Positions 29,309 to 50,760 of a stretch of 64,000 nt of DNA are shown here, piece by piece (position 1 is the first letter of the stretch; each line of letters begins with the position of its first letter). Origin of the DNA: the human T2T-CHM13v2.0 reference genome, Homo sapiens. The position numbers and the translations under genes are program-made. The notes under the pieces were generated by a model that had not been told where the DNA came from, made no database searches, and saw nothing but the letters and a program-made list of their open reading frames with translations. The stretch lies in the NCBI RefSeq assembly GCF_009914755.1, contig NC_060926.1; one strand, 5' to 3'.

Positions 29309-30082
29309 ATGTGGTTATAAAATAATCCAATAATAATTGATTGAATTATATCTCTTTGCTCTTCATCAGCTCATTTATGGAAGGTCATCCATTTATTGAG
29401 ACCAGCCCAAAAGACCCTCAGGAACTTAGAAGACTCCTACCGACTTTGAAGACCATAGCCCCAAAGCAGGGCTGTGAAATGGAGCAGCAAAGAAGAGAAT
29501 CATTGTCAAAGCTCAAGTTCCATCAGAATGACAAAGTAGGCAAAAAGTGTTTTGGTGGGCACCACTGCCTCCTCTTTCTGCATTATCTCCTACCTCCCTT
29601 CCCTCCCAAATGCCCAGGGTCCTAGTCCACATCCGAGCTATTTGGGGTTCCTCTGCCGCATCCCACTAAAGCTCATTTTTCATGGGCATATTCTAAAGTG
29701 AACCAAATCCTATCTTTCAGCAAAAGTTACTGCTCTTTATTCCTTTTTTTATGGGCCCCATTTTTTTCCTCGGGAAAGATAATATCCAAAAAAAAAATCT
29801 ATGTCTGATAAATTGTTAATGATGAGAATGGATTTAGGATAATGTCTGGCACAAAAATACTTGCTGAAGATATAAAAGCATCTGGTAATCTAATAATATC
29901 TCTAGGTCACATATATATGTTCTAACAGGGACCACTTGGATACATTTCTTAAACTACAGAAAATGATGTGGTTATAAAATAATTCAATAATAATTGATTG
30001 AATTATATCTCTTTGCTCTTCATCAGCTCATTTATGGAAGGTCATCCCTTTATTGAGACTGCCCAAAAGACCCTCAGGAACT
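29309..30082 (+). repeat. Spaced direct duplication of ~118 bp (29309-29426 and 29966-30082)
   Basis: atgtggttataaaataat...gaccctcaggaact occurs twice, with about four differences. Confidence 0.95.
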
Positions 30083-30865
30083 AAATTTAAAAGCTCCAGA
30101 CCTATAAGAAAGTTCTATTTGGGGGTATGTCACCCATTTATTAACTTTATAGCTTCATATAATTGATGCATATGGTGAGCCTGGTCTTATGGGTGAAATC
30201 TGTTATTATATGAATAGGCATTGAGTTCAAGGTACACTTTTGGAAATTTGAGGCTTGTCAGTGATGCTGACTATTTCTGGGCACTGGTACAAGCCCCACA
30301 AAGAAAGATTAGTTACATGTTTTCTTTAGTGATGACACGAATTGAATAATATACTCTCAGATTAAATTTGTCACCTATTCAACACAGAATACTTACAAAA
30401 GGCCTCAAAGCAAATATGGTTTGTTAAGTGTAAAAACTGGGGAATGTTGACAGCTGCCAAGCCCACATCGTGTTTACACATTTTATATGCTAAGCAAACA
30501 TGTCAGTCAGTTTGTCTGACCTAGCTGTGCCTTCTTCCTGAGAACCTGTTCCCATTACTTTTGGTGAATGGGCAGCAAGCCACATGACCCCATCCTCCTG
30601 GACACAGTGGATTGGAACAGAGATGAAAGAGACAGGAAGAGACGGAGACACACATAGAGGCAGAGAGAGGAAAAAAGGGCAAAGCCAGCAGGTAGTCAGA
30701 CAAAGATCAGTGAGAGAGGGAGGAAAAAGGAAAAAGAGAGTACACATTTTGATTTCAGAGATCTTTCCAGTTCCTCCTTGTAGTTCTGTGAGTGGCCCAG
30801 ATGTATGTTCTATCCTGATTCTATAAGATAGATAATCTGTGTAACAGAGAAACCTAATTTCTATA

Positions 30866-31172
30866 ACAGTATCCAATAGAAATAGAATGCAAGCCACATG
30901 TGTAATTTAAAATTTTGTAATAGCTACATTAAGAATATTTTTAAAACAAGTGAAATCAATTTTAATAATATATTTAACCCCATATATATATATAATATTG
31001 CTGTTTCAATATGTAATCAATATAAAAATTATTGAGATGTTTGCAGTCTTATTTTTATACTAAGTCACTAAATTCTGGTGTGCGTTTTACACTTACAGTG
31101 CACCTCAGTTTGGACGAGCCAAATTCCAAGTGCCCAGTAGCCACATAATAGCTACCCTGTTGGACAGTGCAG
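30866..31172. mobile_element. MER33 (hAT-Charlie) DNA transposon
   Basis: tccaatagaaatagaatgcaagccacatgtgtaatttaaaatt...gctaccctgttggacagtgcag. Confidence 0.8.
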
Positions 31173-31327
31173 ACACAGAACAGTTACTGGAAGGCAGCTG
31201 CGCTAGCAGGAGCTGTTTCCCAGCTGCCTTGCATCTAGGAATGACCAGGTGACTAGTTAGTGCCAGACCTAAGAGTAGAAGCTGTGTGTGTCACTTCCAA
31301 AAACAAGGTGGTTAAGAAGCAGATATG

Positions 31328-31757
<430 letters not shown>

Positions 31758-31780
31758 TTAGCAGTTTAGCCTATTCTATC

Positions 31781-31813
<33 letters not shown>

Positions 31814-31870
31814 TAGATATACACATATATTTATATATAGATTATTTATATAGAGAGATATATTTGTATA
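31781..31870. repeat. (TG)n microsatellite followed by TA-rich low-complexity sequence
   Basis: Directly visible. Confidence 0.9.
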
Positions 31871-32034
31871 CTCATGTTCATAGAAGCATTATTTCTGTAC
31901 TGCTGTTAAAAGCTTTTTCTATTTCTAGTGGCAAGTGATACTCTAAAACGTGTGAGTGCATGCACACACTAACTACCTTTGGGTTTTGTCAGTGAGTAAT
32001 TTATCTGTGTGTATTTTACCCAGCACATGTTTAG

Positions 32035-32346
<312 letters not shown>

Positions 32347-32407
32347 AGGCTGAAGACTTTATCTGGAAAAATAAAGCTCTAAAAATAAATTGAGAGGAGA
32401 ATATGAA

Positions 32408-33890
<1,483 letters not shown>

Positions 33891-34240
33891 AATAATTTAT
33901 TTTAATAATGTTATTTTTAAGAAATCAAGAGGAGTATATGACCAAAGCCTTTAGAATTCTGAAAGGTTGGATTAGTAAACATGGACTTCATCTTTCCCAA
34001 GAGTTTTTCCAACCTCAATGTATAGCTAGTATAAGGAAAGGGTTATTAATAGCGTAAGCATTTAACACGTTTATTTTCATTGTGCAAAAATAATTATGAC
34101 AGAATACTTAAAGTTCCAAAGGCACTGTGTTCAGTCCTATGATATCCTTACAGGAAATATATCTGTATTTTTATGGAGGGAGATTCTGAAACATAAAATT
34201 GTTAAAGCACTTGCTCAAAGTCATTTGCCCAGTACTTTAA

Positions 34241-34450
34241 AATGGGGCTTCTCAACTTCTGCATTATTGACTTTTGGGGCTGGATAATTCTGTTGTTGGG
34301 GGCTGCTCTGTGCATTGTACAATGTTTACCAGCATCTCTGGTCTCTACCCACTAGATGTCGGTAGCACCCCTCACCTTCAAGTTGTGATAAAAGACTTTG
34401 TGGAAATGTGCCCTGGGGGGCAGAATCGCTCCAGGTTGAGAACCACTGCT
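34241..34450. mobile_element. MER20 DNA transposon
   Basis: ttctcaac...ggggctggataattct...tacccactagatg...gttgagaaccactg. Confidence 0.85.
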
Positions 34451-37014
34451 CTAACACCAGCAGCTTCCCGAGGTTAGGGAGGCCCACCAGAGTCCCCGGC
34501 CTTAGAAATGGGGTTTCAGAAAATAACTGGTCAGGTCAAGGTAGGATCAATTTAGGAGGATCTCACATACCAAATTATCAAAGCAAGGGTAGAGGTGGGA
34601 GTTTTGTCATAGGAACGAACTAATCTATCTGTTTTAACTTTGATCAGAGTGGTGCTAGGTGATTGAACTAGGCCTTCTCCAATGTCCTTGGAGAGTAAAA
34701 CATCTATCCCGGGGCTTAGGATGGGGGGTTAAGCCTCTAGGTGGGGAGGCAGTGAACAGAAGGCAGTGAGAACACACAAGCAGGCAGATCATGACAAGAT
34801 AGCAGAGCAAGGCAAGAATCATCCGAGCTGGGACGATTCAGAAAAGTGTAATGAAAGAATTGTCATCTGAGCAGGGGTATTTTTTTAAAGGCAAAATTCA
34901 ATGGTTGTAAGGGATGGAAATCCACTCAAATTAGTTCCATCTGAAAGAGAGGTTTATTTTTAGGATATAGTACACTCACGTAAATGAGACACAGCTGGGA
35001 ATGGAGCTGCAAATTGAAGAGCTGCTGAGGATCATCATTGCTTTTTCTTTACACGGCTGCATGATCCTTCTTCTATGCATCGTTTTGCAAGTATGCTCTC
35101 TTCTGTTTGGCAAACTTTCTTTCTTTGCTTACTCTTGGTCTCTGATCATCCATAGTTTTGTCTTGCCTATGACTTTGGTTTGACATAGTGTTGACCCATG
35201 AACAGACCCAGATGAGCTTTCACAGAGCTTTCTATGTTGAACTGACTCTATTAATCTCCAGATTCCCAGGAGAAGAATCTGATTGGTCGAGTTTGGGTCA
35301 GCTCTGCACCCAACATGATTAATTCAGCTGAAAGTAGGAGAGGGAACACATGATCAACACATGGTCACCTCTGCCTGTTCCTTTAGCAGCTCTGGGGAGC
35401 TGAGGTGAAGGATGGCATTTTCCAGGGAAGGCAGTTTGGGCAAATACATTTCTTATACGGCCTTAATGGGTGGAATATGAAATATGGAAGAAATTAACTT
35501 CTGTAAGAGGAAGTGGTACCAACAAAGGCATGAAACAAAGATATTTTATATATATACATATTCAGTAAATTTTCTAGATTAATTAGACTGATGTTCAAGG
35601 ATCATTACATAGTTGGGATTTATTGTAGCCCAAGATTTACATAGAGGACAATAAGGTAATGAGGCTGGAGATACAGTCTGCTATCATATTGTCAAGGGCA
35701 TTTAAATGCCAGACAGGCATTTAGATTTTTTAGGGTGTCTCTAATGTCTGAGGATACACCATGGAGGGAAACTGCCAAGTTTTTCTGGAAAATATTCTTT
35801 GGTTCTTGGGTAAACCCTAGGATCAAGTCAAGTAGCAGATTAATTTCATTTTACAGGGCATTGAAAGAGAAATCAAGCCACAAATTGAAACAATGTTGAA
35901 AGAAGGCAACTAGAATAAGAGTCTACCTAGTAAGTTAGTACAAAAAAAAAAAATAGATAATCTGTTATCTCAGCACTTTTAAAATAAAGCTAGTAGATCT
36001 CTACAAATGACCTAATTAAAAATCCAAGCCAAGAAGCCAAAAGCCATTCCACAACAACTACAAATAACAATGACAACAACAACAGCAGTGTTTATAAGGC
36101 TTCTTCTATGGGCCCACTACTGTTTTAAGCATTTGTGTGAATGGTATAAGGTAAGCGAATGAGTGTTTTATTCGCCTTCTGTTAAACACGTATAATCTTT
36201 TTCTTTCATGGCCCAGAATCACTGAATCTTGAGTTGTAAACGATTGTGACCTCTATGCCAGGAGCAGAGTCTCCTCTAGAAATATCTGTTAATCTCTAAC
36301 AGTTATGAGAGTCTGTCTGGTAATTGGCCTTTTACCTAGAAGCTAACAGATTCCACATTATATAGCCTTATGGTTCCAAAGACTGGACAGGCAGTTTCAT
36401 GTACAGAGGTACAGCTGACTTGGATACTATATCTTGGGCCTTAAAGTTCACATTAGAATATCAAAGTGTTTTGTAAACTGCATGTCTCTATAGAGAATAC
36501 AAATCTACTCTAGGATTAAATAAGCCTGCTTCTTGCTTTAAGTTTAATGCTAATGGTAAACTGAAAAAGATTTCTAGTGACAGATAATTAGTGATAATGG
36601 TAATTACCGGCCTTTATATGGTCTTTCACCCAAACAGATGGCAAAGCACTTACAAAATGAATGCTTTAAGGCATAATTTCTCCGCCTTCTTAAATAAAAG
36701 TTCCTCTAGGGTCAACAATAGTTTGTATTTAACATACTGCATTATGTTACCCATAACTAAACAAACATTTCCAGACAATTCAGTTAGTCTGTTAATTTGC
36801 TTAGCAATTAGCTTTGAATGGATTTTTTTGCCCTGAATACATTATAAATGTATGAATGCATGTATGCCTTGCTTATTTTTCTTATTATTTTATTTAACTT
36901 TTATAAGCCACTGTGGTTACCATCGCATGGATGATTTCCAGGGAGCGGGAGGCTGGGTCACTTAGCAGGCTTACACAGGCCCTGTCTCCATGAACAGAAG
37001 CCAGCCTCTTGTAG

Positions 37015-37348
<334 letters not shown>

Positions 37349-38105
37349 ATCCCCACACATTTGATATTTCTGGGTATTCCTGGATTCCTAGGACTGTACA
37401 TCAGGATTCATTTTCTGGGGGCTATTTTCCCTGTTTCATGTAGAGTTCTAAAGACGACATTAAAAAGGCATCAAAGTTTAATCAAAATGTATCATACATT
37501 TATACCATGAAAGGAAACACAGAGACTCTTTTCTCCATTCTCCCTTTCTTTCCCCATCTCCCTTCTCGGGAAAGATGATTTGGGCCTTGTGTTATGGGAT
37601 ACTTCGTGACGTGATCTGGGAAAAAGTCAGGGCAATGTTTTCTAGACCTAATAAGGTGAGGATACTCGTTCGTAAGAAATAAAGTCAAAGTTATGTTAAT
37701 GGGAAGAATATGAATTTCTGTTCGTATTCTAGACCCCCACATGAAATTTCGGAAGGAGATGAGTCTTTGTGTTGCAGGATATGTTTGGTTTTGCAGCGGA
37801 GGTGTTGGGCAGGGTAGGTGGAGGGATTGCAGCCTGGGAGAAAGACTCTCACCTCCTCTCCTCTGCTTCTCCCCGTCCCTAATCCTTCCCTCCCTGGGCA
37901 GGCCTTCACAGCCTGAATCAGAATCCAGTGTCTCTTCTTCAGAGCAGATGATGGCTCTGGATGGCTGGGGGAGAAAGAAGAGTTGATATGGTGGCTGAAA
38001 GCCCAGGACAGGAAGTCGGGATCGGAATCTTATGGCACCAGGAATGTCATCCTTTTTATTTGGAGCTTCAGCTTCTTCAAACATAAAATATAATTAATAA
38101 TTCCC

Positions 38106-38409
38106 AGCTGGGCAAGGTGGCTCATGCCTGTAATCTCAGCACTTTGGGAGGCCAAGGCAGGCAGATCGCAAGGTCAGGAGATCGAGACCATCCTGACTAA
38201 CATGGTGAAACCCCGTCTCTACTAAAAATACAAGAAATTAGCCAGGCTTGGTGGCACGTGCCTGTAGTCCTAGCTACTCAAGAGGCTGAGGCAGGAGAAT
38301 TACTTGAACCCAGGAGGCGGAGGTTGCAGTGAGCCGAGCTCACGCCACTGCACTCCAGCCTGGCTGACAGAGCGAGACTCTGTCTCAAAATAATGATAAT
38401 AATAATAAT
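38106..38409 (+). mobile_element. Alu (AluSc-like) with (AAT)n tail
   Basis: TSD taataattccc. Confidence 0.9.
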
Positions 38410-39696
38410 TCCCTTGAGCATCATATAAAACGCTAAAGCACATAGCGCCTGGCATGTAGTATAAACCCCATCCATGTTAACTATTGTTATTGCTGTTGGC
38501 ATTCCATGCCTGGGATTGTGGAATTGAATTTACTTGATGATTTCTTTAGGGAGGGGTGAAAGTCCTGGGAAAAAATTAGGGAATGGGACAGTAAAGGGGA
38601 AAGGGTTGAAAGGAGAGAGGGAAGAGACGGGAAACAAGAGAGATGCAGGCAGAGCTCCCTCCGAAAGCTGGAGATTTGTCCTCATGAGGCTGTTCCCTTC
38701 CCCCAGGAAGTGACACATGGAATCCTAGCCGCAGTGAAGTTTAAGATAACTGAACAGCAAGATGAGGGGTGCAGTGTTTGATTCTCCCCTCATCTCCCTA
38801 CTCCCTCTGTTCAGTGCAGCTTGGGAATAAACCGAGAGCCCCAGAGGTAAAGACCTGCTTCTGGAGCTGCAAATTCAGATGCCTTCAGAGGCCACAGAAA
38901 TATTTCAAATGTCAGAGGCAGTCAAGTGTGTATCACCTAAAGGCCTTCAGATTCAAATTAAAAAACATACCCTCCATACCAGTGATTGCTTGCATGTCTT
39001 TGGTTTTGTTTGCAAGCTTTGGCTTCACTCTTCAAGCAGTACCATGCATGGGTGCTTTAGCCAAAGGTCTGAGAGGCAGTGTCCGAAGAGGCAGAGACAC
39101 AGCTATCTATGTCCTCTCTGGTTACATAGAACCCTCACCATGGGCCACTGGGGGCCAGAAGAATCACTCTGCAAGCAATGGATATCTCTCGGAGAGATGG
39201 AGAGAAAAAGTCTACCCTATGGGTTACATAACAATTCACTTTTATTGAGAAAAGCACGACTGTTGTCTTGGAACTGTATAGAAGATAGTGAACACAATGA
39301 GAAGAATAGCCAAGGAAAGCAGAACATGTAAGAGACATGGATGAAATGTGGTGTGTTGCCGTGGCATTGAGTCTTGGCTTCTAAAATTACTGAAGCCTCT
39401 AAGTCTCACATTTCTCATCTATAAAATAATTACCATCACTGAATGGAGATGTTGCACGTGTCAAATGAGGCCAATATGCAATAGAAAAGTACTGTGATTT
39501 TTTAAAATGTTCACTCTCCGTTTATTTGCATATGTAAACACTGTCTGCATATGCTCCCTTTAGACTTTATCATCAAATTGTTTTTTCTGAAAGTTTAGGT
39601 TCATCTCATGATCTCCTCCTCAAAAATCACCTGTTTCCCAGGTATTTTCAGATGGCTTTGGTTTTTCTCATAAAAGATGAAATAAATTCCTTATTA

Positions 39697-39972
<276 letters not shown>

Positions 39973-39996
39973 CTTAAATCTGGACTATTCCTGTGA

Positions 39997-40319
<323 letters not shown>

Positions 40320-40330
40320 TGACAGTTCAG

Positions 40331-41277
40331 GATGGGTGTAGTGGCTCATGTCTATAATCCCAGCACTTTGAGAGCTTGAGGCAGGAGGATTGCCTGTGCC
40401 CAGGAGTTTGAGACCAGCCTGGGCAACATAGTAAGACCCTATCTCTACAAAAAATGAAAAATTAACCAGGTATGATGCCATGGATCTTTGGTCCCAGCTA
40501 CTCAGGAGGCTGAGATGAGAGGCTCACTTGAGGCAAGCTTTGGCTTCACTCTTCAAGCAGTACCATGCATGAGTGCTTTTAGCCAAATGTCTGAGAGGCA
40601 GTGTCCGTAAGAGGCAGAGACACAGTTCTCTATTTCCTCTCTGGTTACATGGAACCCTCAACATGGGCCACTGGGGGCCAGAAGAATCACTCTGTGAGCA
40701 ATGGCTCTCAGAAAGACAGAGAGAAAAAGTCTACCCTATGGGTTACATAACAATTCACTTTTATTGAGAAAAACACAATGACTGTTGTCTTGGAACTGTA
40801 TAGAAGATAGTGAACACAATGAGAAGAATAGCCAAGGAAAGCAGAACGTTTAAGAGACATGGATGAAAGGTGGTGTGTTGCTGGGAGGCCAAGGCTGCAG
40901 TGAGTTGTGATTGTGCCACTGTACTCCATCCTGGAGACAGAGAAAGACTCTCTCAAAAATAAACATGGCCAGGTGCGGTGGCTCACACCTGTAATCTCAG
41001 CACTTTGGGAGGCCAAGGCAGGCAGATCACTTGAAATCAGGAGTTCAAGATCAGCCTGGCCAACATGGTGAAATCCTGTCTCTACTAAAAATACAAAAAT
41101 TAGCCAAGCATGGTGGCTGGCACCTGTAATCCCAGCTACTCAGAGAGACTGAGGCAGGAGAATTGCCTGAACCCAGGAGACGGAAGTTGCAATGAGCCGA
41201 GATCACGCCACTGCACTCCAGCTTGGGTGACAAAGCGAGACTTCACCTCAATAAAATATAATAAACACATACAAAAT
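40331..41277 (+). mobile_element. AluJ (40331-~40960, interrupted by the 349-bp insert) plus a second Alu (40967-~41270) in its tail
   Basis: 17-bp TSD aaaatgtgacagttcag at 40314-40330 and 41278-41294 brackets both Alus. Confidence 0.9.
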
Positions 41278-41302
41278 AAAATGTGACAGTTCAGAGACAA
41301 GC

Positions 41303-41545
41303 AGGAGGAATTCTCTCTTTCCTGGGGGAGGGTCAGCCTTTTCATTCTATTTAATATTTAGACCTTCTACTGATTGAATGAGGCCTACTCACATTAGAGA
41401 GGGCAATCTGCTTTATTCAGTATACCTGCTTAAATGTTTATGTTGCCCAGAAACTCCTCCACTGACACACTCAGAAAAATGTTTGACCAAATATCTGGGC
41501 ACCTTGTGGCCCAGTCAAATTGCCATATAAAATTAAATATCACAT
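41303..41545. mobile_element. MLT2-type (ERVL) LTR fragment
   Basis: tgattgaatgaggcctactcacatt...gagggcaatctgcttta...aaattaaatatcaca. Confidence 0.75.
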
Positions 41546-41631
41546 GGTGTAAAATTGAGAGTTCTGAATTTTTAAAGTCCCCAAATTTTTCTTACTCTCA
41601 GTGGATCTGCATCAGGAATATATATACTCTC

Positions 41632-41938
41632 AGCCAGGCGTGGTGGCTCATGTCTGTAATCCCAGCACTTTGGGAGGCTGAGGCGGGCAGATCACAAGGT
41701 CAGGAGATCGAGACCATCCTGGCTAACATGGTGAAATCCCCTCTCTACTAAAAATACAAAAAAATTAGCCAGTCATGGTGGCGGGCGCCTGTAGTACCAG
41801 CTACTCAGGAGGTTGAGGCAGGAGAGTGGTGTGAACCCCGAAGGCGGAGCTTGCAGTGAGCCGAGATCGCGCCACTGCACTCCAGCCTGGGTGACAGAGT
41901 GAGACTCCATCTCAAAAAAAAAAAAAAGAAAAAAAAAA
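41632..41938 (+). mobile_element. AluY-like
   Basis: TSD aggaatatatatactctca. Confidence 0.93.
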
Positions 41939-42380
41939 GGAATATATATACTCTCAAATACATGGTAACAGTTTTGTTATTAATCAGTTCACACATTCAG
42001 CAAATCCTGAGTGCCTGATATATACTAGGTGCTGTAGTACTTGTGAGGCAAGTGCCTTACCTTAAAGATTTGCAATGCAATTGCGGAGAACAGACATAAA
42101 ACATAATGCAGGCAGAGATGAGATAACATTACTAAAAAGTAATGATACAAATAAATATCAGCAAAATACCGTATAATTAAATATGCTTTTCAAATAAAAC
42201 CACATTAACCTTCTAATTTTGAATATGTATATTTATTCAAAATGTTTAGGAAGGAAGTGTTCTGGTTAATTGATATACACATAAGAATTGGTAACTAACT
42301 CTTTATGTATTGTATATGTCTGTATATAACAATATATATGTTATATATAATAAATTTCTGTAGAAATACAACATAAAACC

Positions 42381-42658
<278 letters not shown>

Positions 42659-42882
42659 GAAATACAACATAAAAAAAGCTTGACATAAAACCATACTGAA
42701 CTTAATTTACCTTTTCTTTAATGATTTAGAAAACACTTAAGTAACTTGCAATCCTTCTAAGACATCATTATAAATAAAATTTAATGTTAAAATTTATCAT
42801 ATGTAACAGTTGTAGAAAATTAGACTAAATTTTTACAAAGTGTGTGGCACTTTCTAAAAATCTTAGTATTAAAAATGCGTAA

Positions 42883-45213
<2,331 letters not shown>

Positions 45214-45377
45214 TTAAAAATGCGTAAATATATAACTTGAACAGAATTGAAAGAAATAAACTAAAACACAACATTTGATCTTAACCCTGACTTCCAACCC
45301 TACTGTCTCTTTTTTTTTTTTCTTTTCTTGGACAAGACTATTGCAGTACCAGCCCTACTTTTCAGAAGGAATTATAC

Positions 45378-45684
<307 letters not shown>

Positions 45685-45699
45685 AGTAATTATATTTTC

Positions 45700-46030
45700 T
45701 TAAGTGTCCTGCCAGATATTTTTAATGCATATATGTATCTGTATGTATATTACTGTTTTACACATATAGATCCTATAATAACTATTGCTTTATACCTTAT
45801 ATTTTTCACTTAACATATATTGGTGATCTCCCTGAGTTTTTTTAATGAACGCATAATAGTCTATCATTTGGATCTACCCTAATTTAACATAACTAGCTGA
45901 GAATTGATGGACATATTGGCTGTGTCCAGTTACTTGCTATTTGCAGCAATGCTTCAATTAACACAATTGTAAATATAAATTTATGTACTTGTGTGAATAT
46001 GTAAGTAGGATAAGTTCCTGAATAAATTCT
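45700..46030 (-). mobile_element. Ancient L1 (L1ME-like) fragment
   Basis: tttttcacttaacatatattgg...ttgatggacat...gtaggataagttcct. Confidence 0.55.
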
Positions 46031-46247
46031 TGATATCAGTTTTGTGTAGTGGCAGTTTATCTGCTAAAAATTTCTGGTTATTTGAGTTTTTCTTTATCTG
46101 ATGCTAAATAAACGGGAATTTATGTTATGGGTGAGACATGTCCTAATATTTTGAAAGATCAATTTTGGGCAACCAGGTGGTGTCAGGGAAGAGATAAGTC
46201 TAAGTGTATTGGATGGTTGGTCTTCTTTATGTTTAATGAATATGTAA

Positions 46248-46583
<336 letters not shown>

Positions 46584-46779
46584 TACTTTTGTGTTTTCTA
46601 CAAAAATATTTTACTAAAGCGAATAACTGTGTAAATAGTAATAGTCTACCTACTTAAGAATAAACTTAACGTCATTTGCTGTTTGCATATAATGTCCTAA
46701 TTACAAATTATTCTTAAAATCTCATTGTAATGTGATAAAAAAGCATTTCCCTAAGTGCATCTTAAATTTAGACTGAGTC

Positions 46780-47098
<319 letters not shown>

Positions 47099-47153
47099 TT
47101 AATGACTACCAAAAAGCTGAAAAACGAAAAATCTAGTCAAATGGTATAAATGA

Positions 47154-47542
<389 letters not shown>

Positions 47543-47856
47543 TGTTTTATATCAGCTTTCCTAAAATCATGGTGAAGCTAGACTTACTTGGGTTGGGGGC
47601 AGGGGTGCATCTTTTTGTAAAGTGAATTAAAACAATGACAGTGTTTTTATTTGCGATCAACTTTTATAATAAGACTCCATCTTTTTTTACTTCTTTATTA
47701 CAGGGAAGTCAGAAAATACACATACACATAAAGAAGTCAAGACCACCCACCCGCCACCCTTTTTGAGACGGCTGCCATTAACAGCCATCCACATCCCCTT
47801 CTTTCCATGTTTACACACTGAAGACAACAGAAATGGGAGCATTTTCTGTATGCTGC

Positions 47857-48462
<606 letters not shown>

Positions 48463-48999
48463 TTGTATGCTGCTCTTTAACCAGTTTTCACTTTTATACC
48501 CATACTTAAACTCTTCAAGAAATCATTTAAAATTTCTTTTTAAATTCATCTACTGCTCCATGCTATTCTTGTGGGTGAAAAAGTATAATAGTCAGCACAA
48601 TAAATTAATTCTCTTTGAAACTCATGTTCTCATGTTACCAGAAGTATTTTTTGGTCTGATCTGTATTTCTTCTTTGTATAATACCTACAAAATGACCAAA
48701 CCAAATAAAATTATGTTCCCTATTGTTTGAAAATAGTTTGTAACTAGGAAATAAATATTGTGTTACATTAGGGATGATCACATTATGTAATTTAGTGAAA
48801 ATTTTAATATAACACAGTTTGATCCTTTATCTTCTGCTGACAGATTATTTTTTAAACCAGTTATTCAGAATGTCTAGAAATGAAGGGAAAACTCTTCTAA
48901 AACATGTGATATGGTGAGAATCTGATGACCTTTAGTGGTATGGAGACAGGAGCAGTGGCCAAATTGTGTTCTGTCTCCACATTTTTCCCTTATATGCAA

Positions 49000-49280
49000 G
49001 CACACACACACACACACAGACACAACACTTACACAGACATACATACCCCCAACACACACAGACACACACATACATCCATCCCCCAACACAGACACATAAA
49101 CCCATCCCCCACACACGGACACACACTCACACACACACACATACACCCCCCACACAGACACACATACCCACCCACACATACATACCCCCAACACAGACAC
49201 ACACACCCATCCACCCCCCAACGAAGGCACACAGACCCACACACACACACAGTGATACACACACAGACACACACACACAC
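49000..49280. repeat. Compound CA-rich low-complexity repeat / degenerate minisatellite
   Basis: Recurring cacacagacacacatacccccc-like units between (CA)n runs. Confidence 0.9.
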
Positions 49281-49417
49281 GTTTTTCCCGAGGTGAAATT
49301 GGCTCAAAATAAATAGTAAGTGCAACTTTGAGTAAAAAGTGATATGACCACACATCTAGTCCCTGAAGTCATTGTATTAATACAAGGAAATTCTACTTCT
49401 TCATGATGTTCATCTGA

Positions 49418-49905
<488 letters not shown>

Positions 49906-50019
49906 TAAGGAAAAAAAAAGAACTGTATCATATTCTGAGAGAAGGACTCTTCTTCACCTGGAAATCAAGAGAATCCTAAATGACAATAACAATTAAATAT
50001 TTGATATTGTATTTGAATA

Positions 50020-50760
50020 ATTTAAAAAACTTAGATATAATTTACATACCATAAATTTATCCTTTTAAAGCGCACAGATCAGTGGTTTGTAAAATATTCA
50101 TAGAGTTGTACGGCCATCATCTCTAATATCAAAAATGTTTTCATCACTCCCATATCCATCAGCCCCCAGCCCCCGCCAACCACTAATTTACTTTCTGCAG
50201 CTATGAATTTACCTACGCTGGACATTTCATATAAGTGGAATAATATAAATATGGCTTTTTGTGTCTAGCTCCTTTTACTTAGCAAAATGTGTTCAAAGTT
50301 CATCCATGTTGTTAAGAGGTATCAGTACTTTATGCCTTTTCATGGCTGATTAATATTCCATTGCATGGGTATGACACATTTTCTTTATCCATTCATCAAC
50401 TGATGGACATTTAAGTTATTTCTACTTTTTATTTTTTTTGTAATAGAGATAAGGTCTTGCTCTGTCACCCAGGCTGGAGTGCAGTAGCCTTGAACTCCTG
50501 GGCTCAAGCCATCCTCCCACCTTCGCCTCCCGAGTAGCTAGGACTACAGACCACACCACCATACCTAGATAATTTTTTAATTTTAACTTTTTAATTTTGT
50601 GTAGAGACAGGGTCCCGAACTCATGGCCTCAAGCAACCTTCCTGCCGTGGTCTGTCGAAGTGTTGAGATTACAGGTATGACCCACAGCGCTCAACCTCCA
50701 TTTTTTGACTATTATGAATAATGCTGCTGTGAAATTAGTGTACAAGTTTTTGTTCACACA
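50020..50760 (-). mobile_element. L1MB/MC-like 3' fragment with a degraded AluJ at ~50426-50695
   Basis: ggacatttcatataagtggaat...ttcatccatgttg...tgactattatgaataatgctgctgtgaa. Confidence 0.8.

Noticed and set aside
37500-38084. 194-aa minus-strand ORF in non-Alu sequence
   Set aside because: No recognisable homology, domain or supporting exon structure. It cannot be excluded without conservation or Ribo-seq data, but nothing supports it.
38769-39331. Two overlapping ORFs of 150-159 aa covering the duplicated 348-bp segment
   Set aside because: No recognisable protein, and the second copy carries frameshifting indels, consistent with neutral DNA.
48874-49355. Cys/Val- and His/Thr-rich ORFs
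   Set aside because: Translations of the CA/TG repeat.
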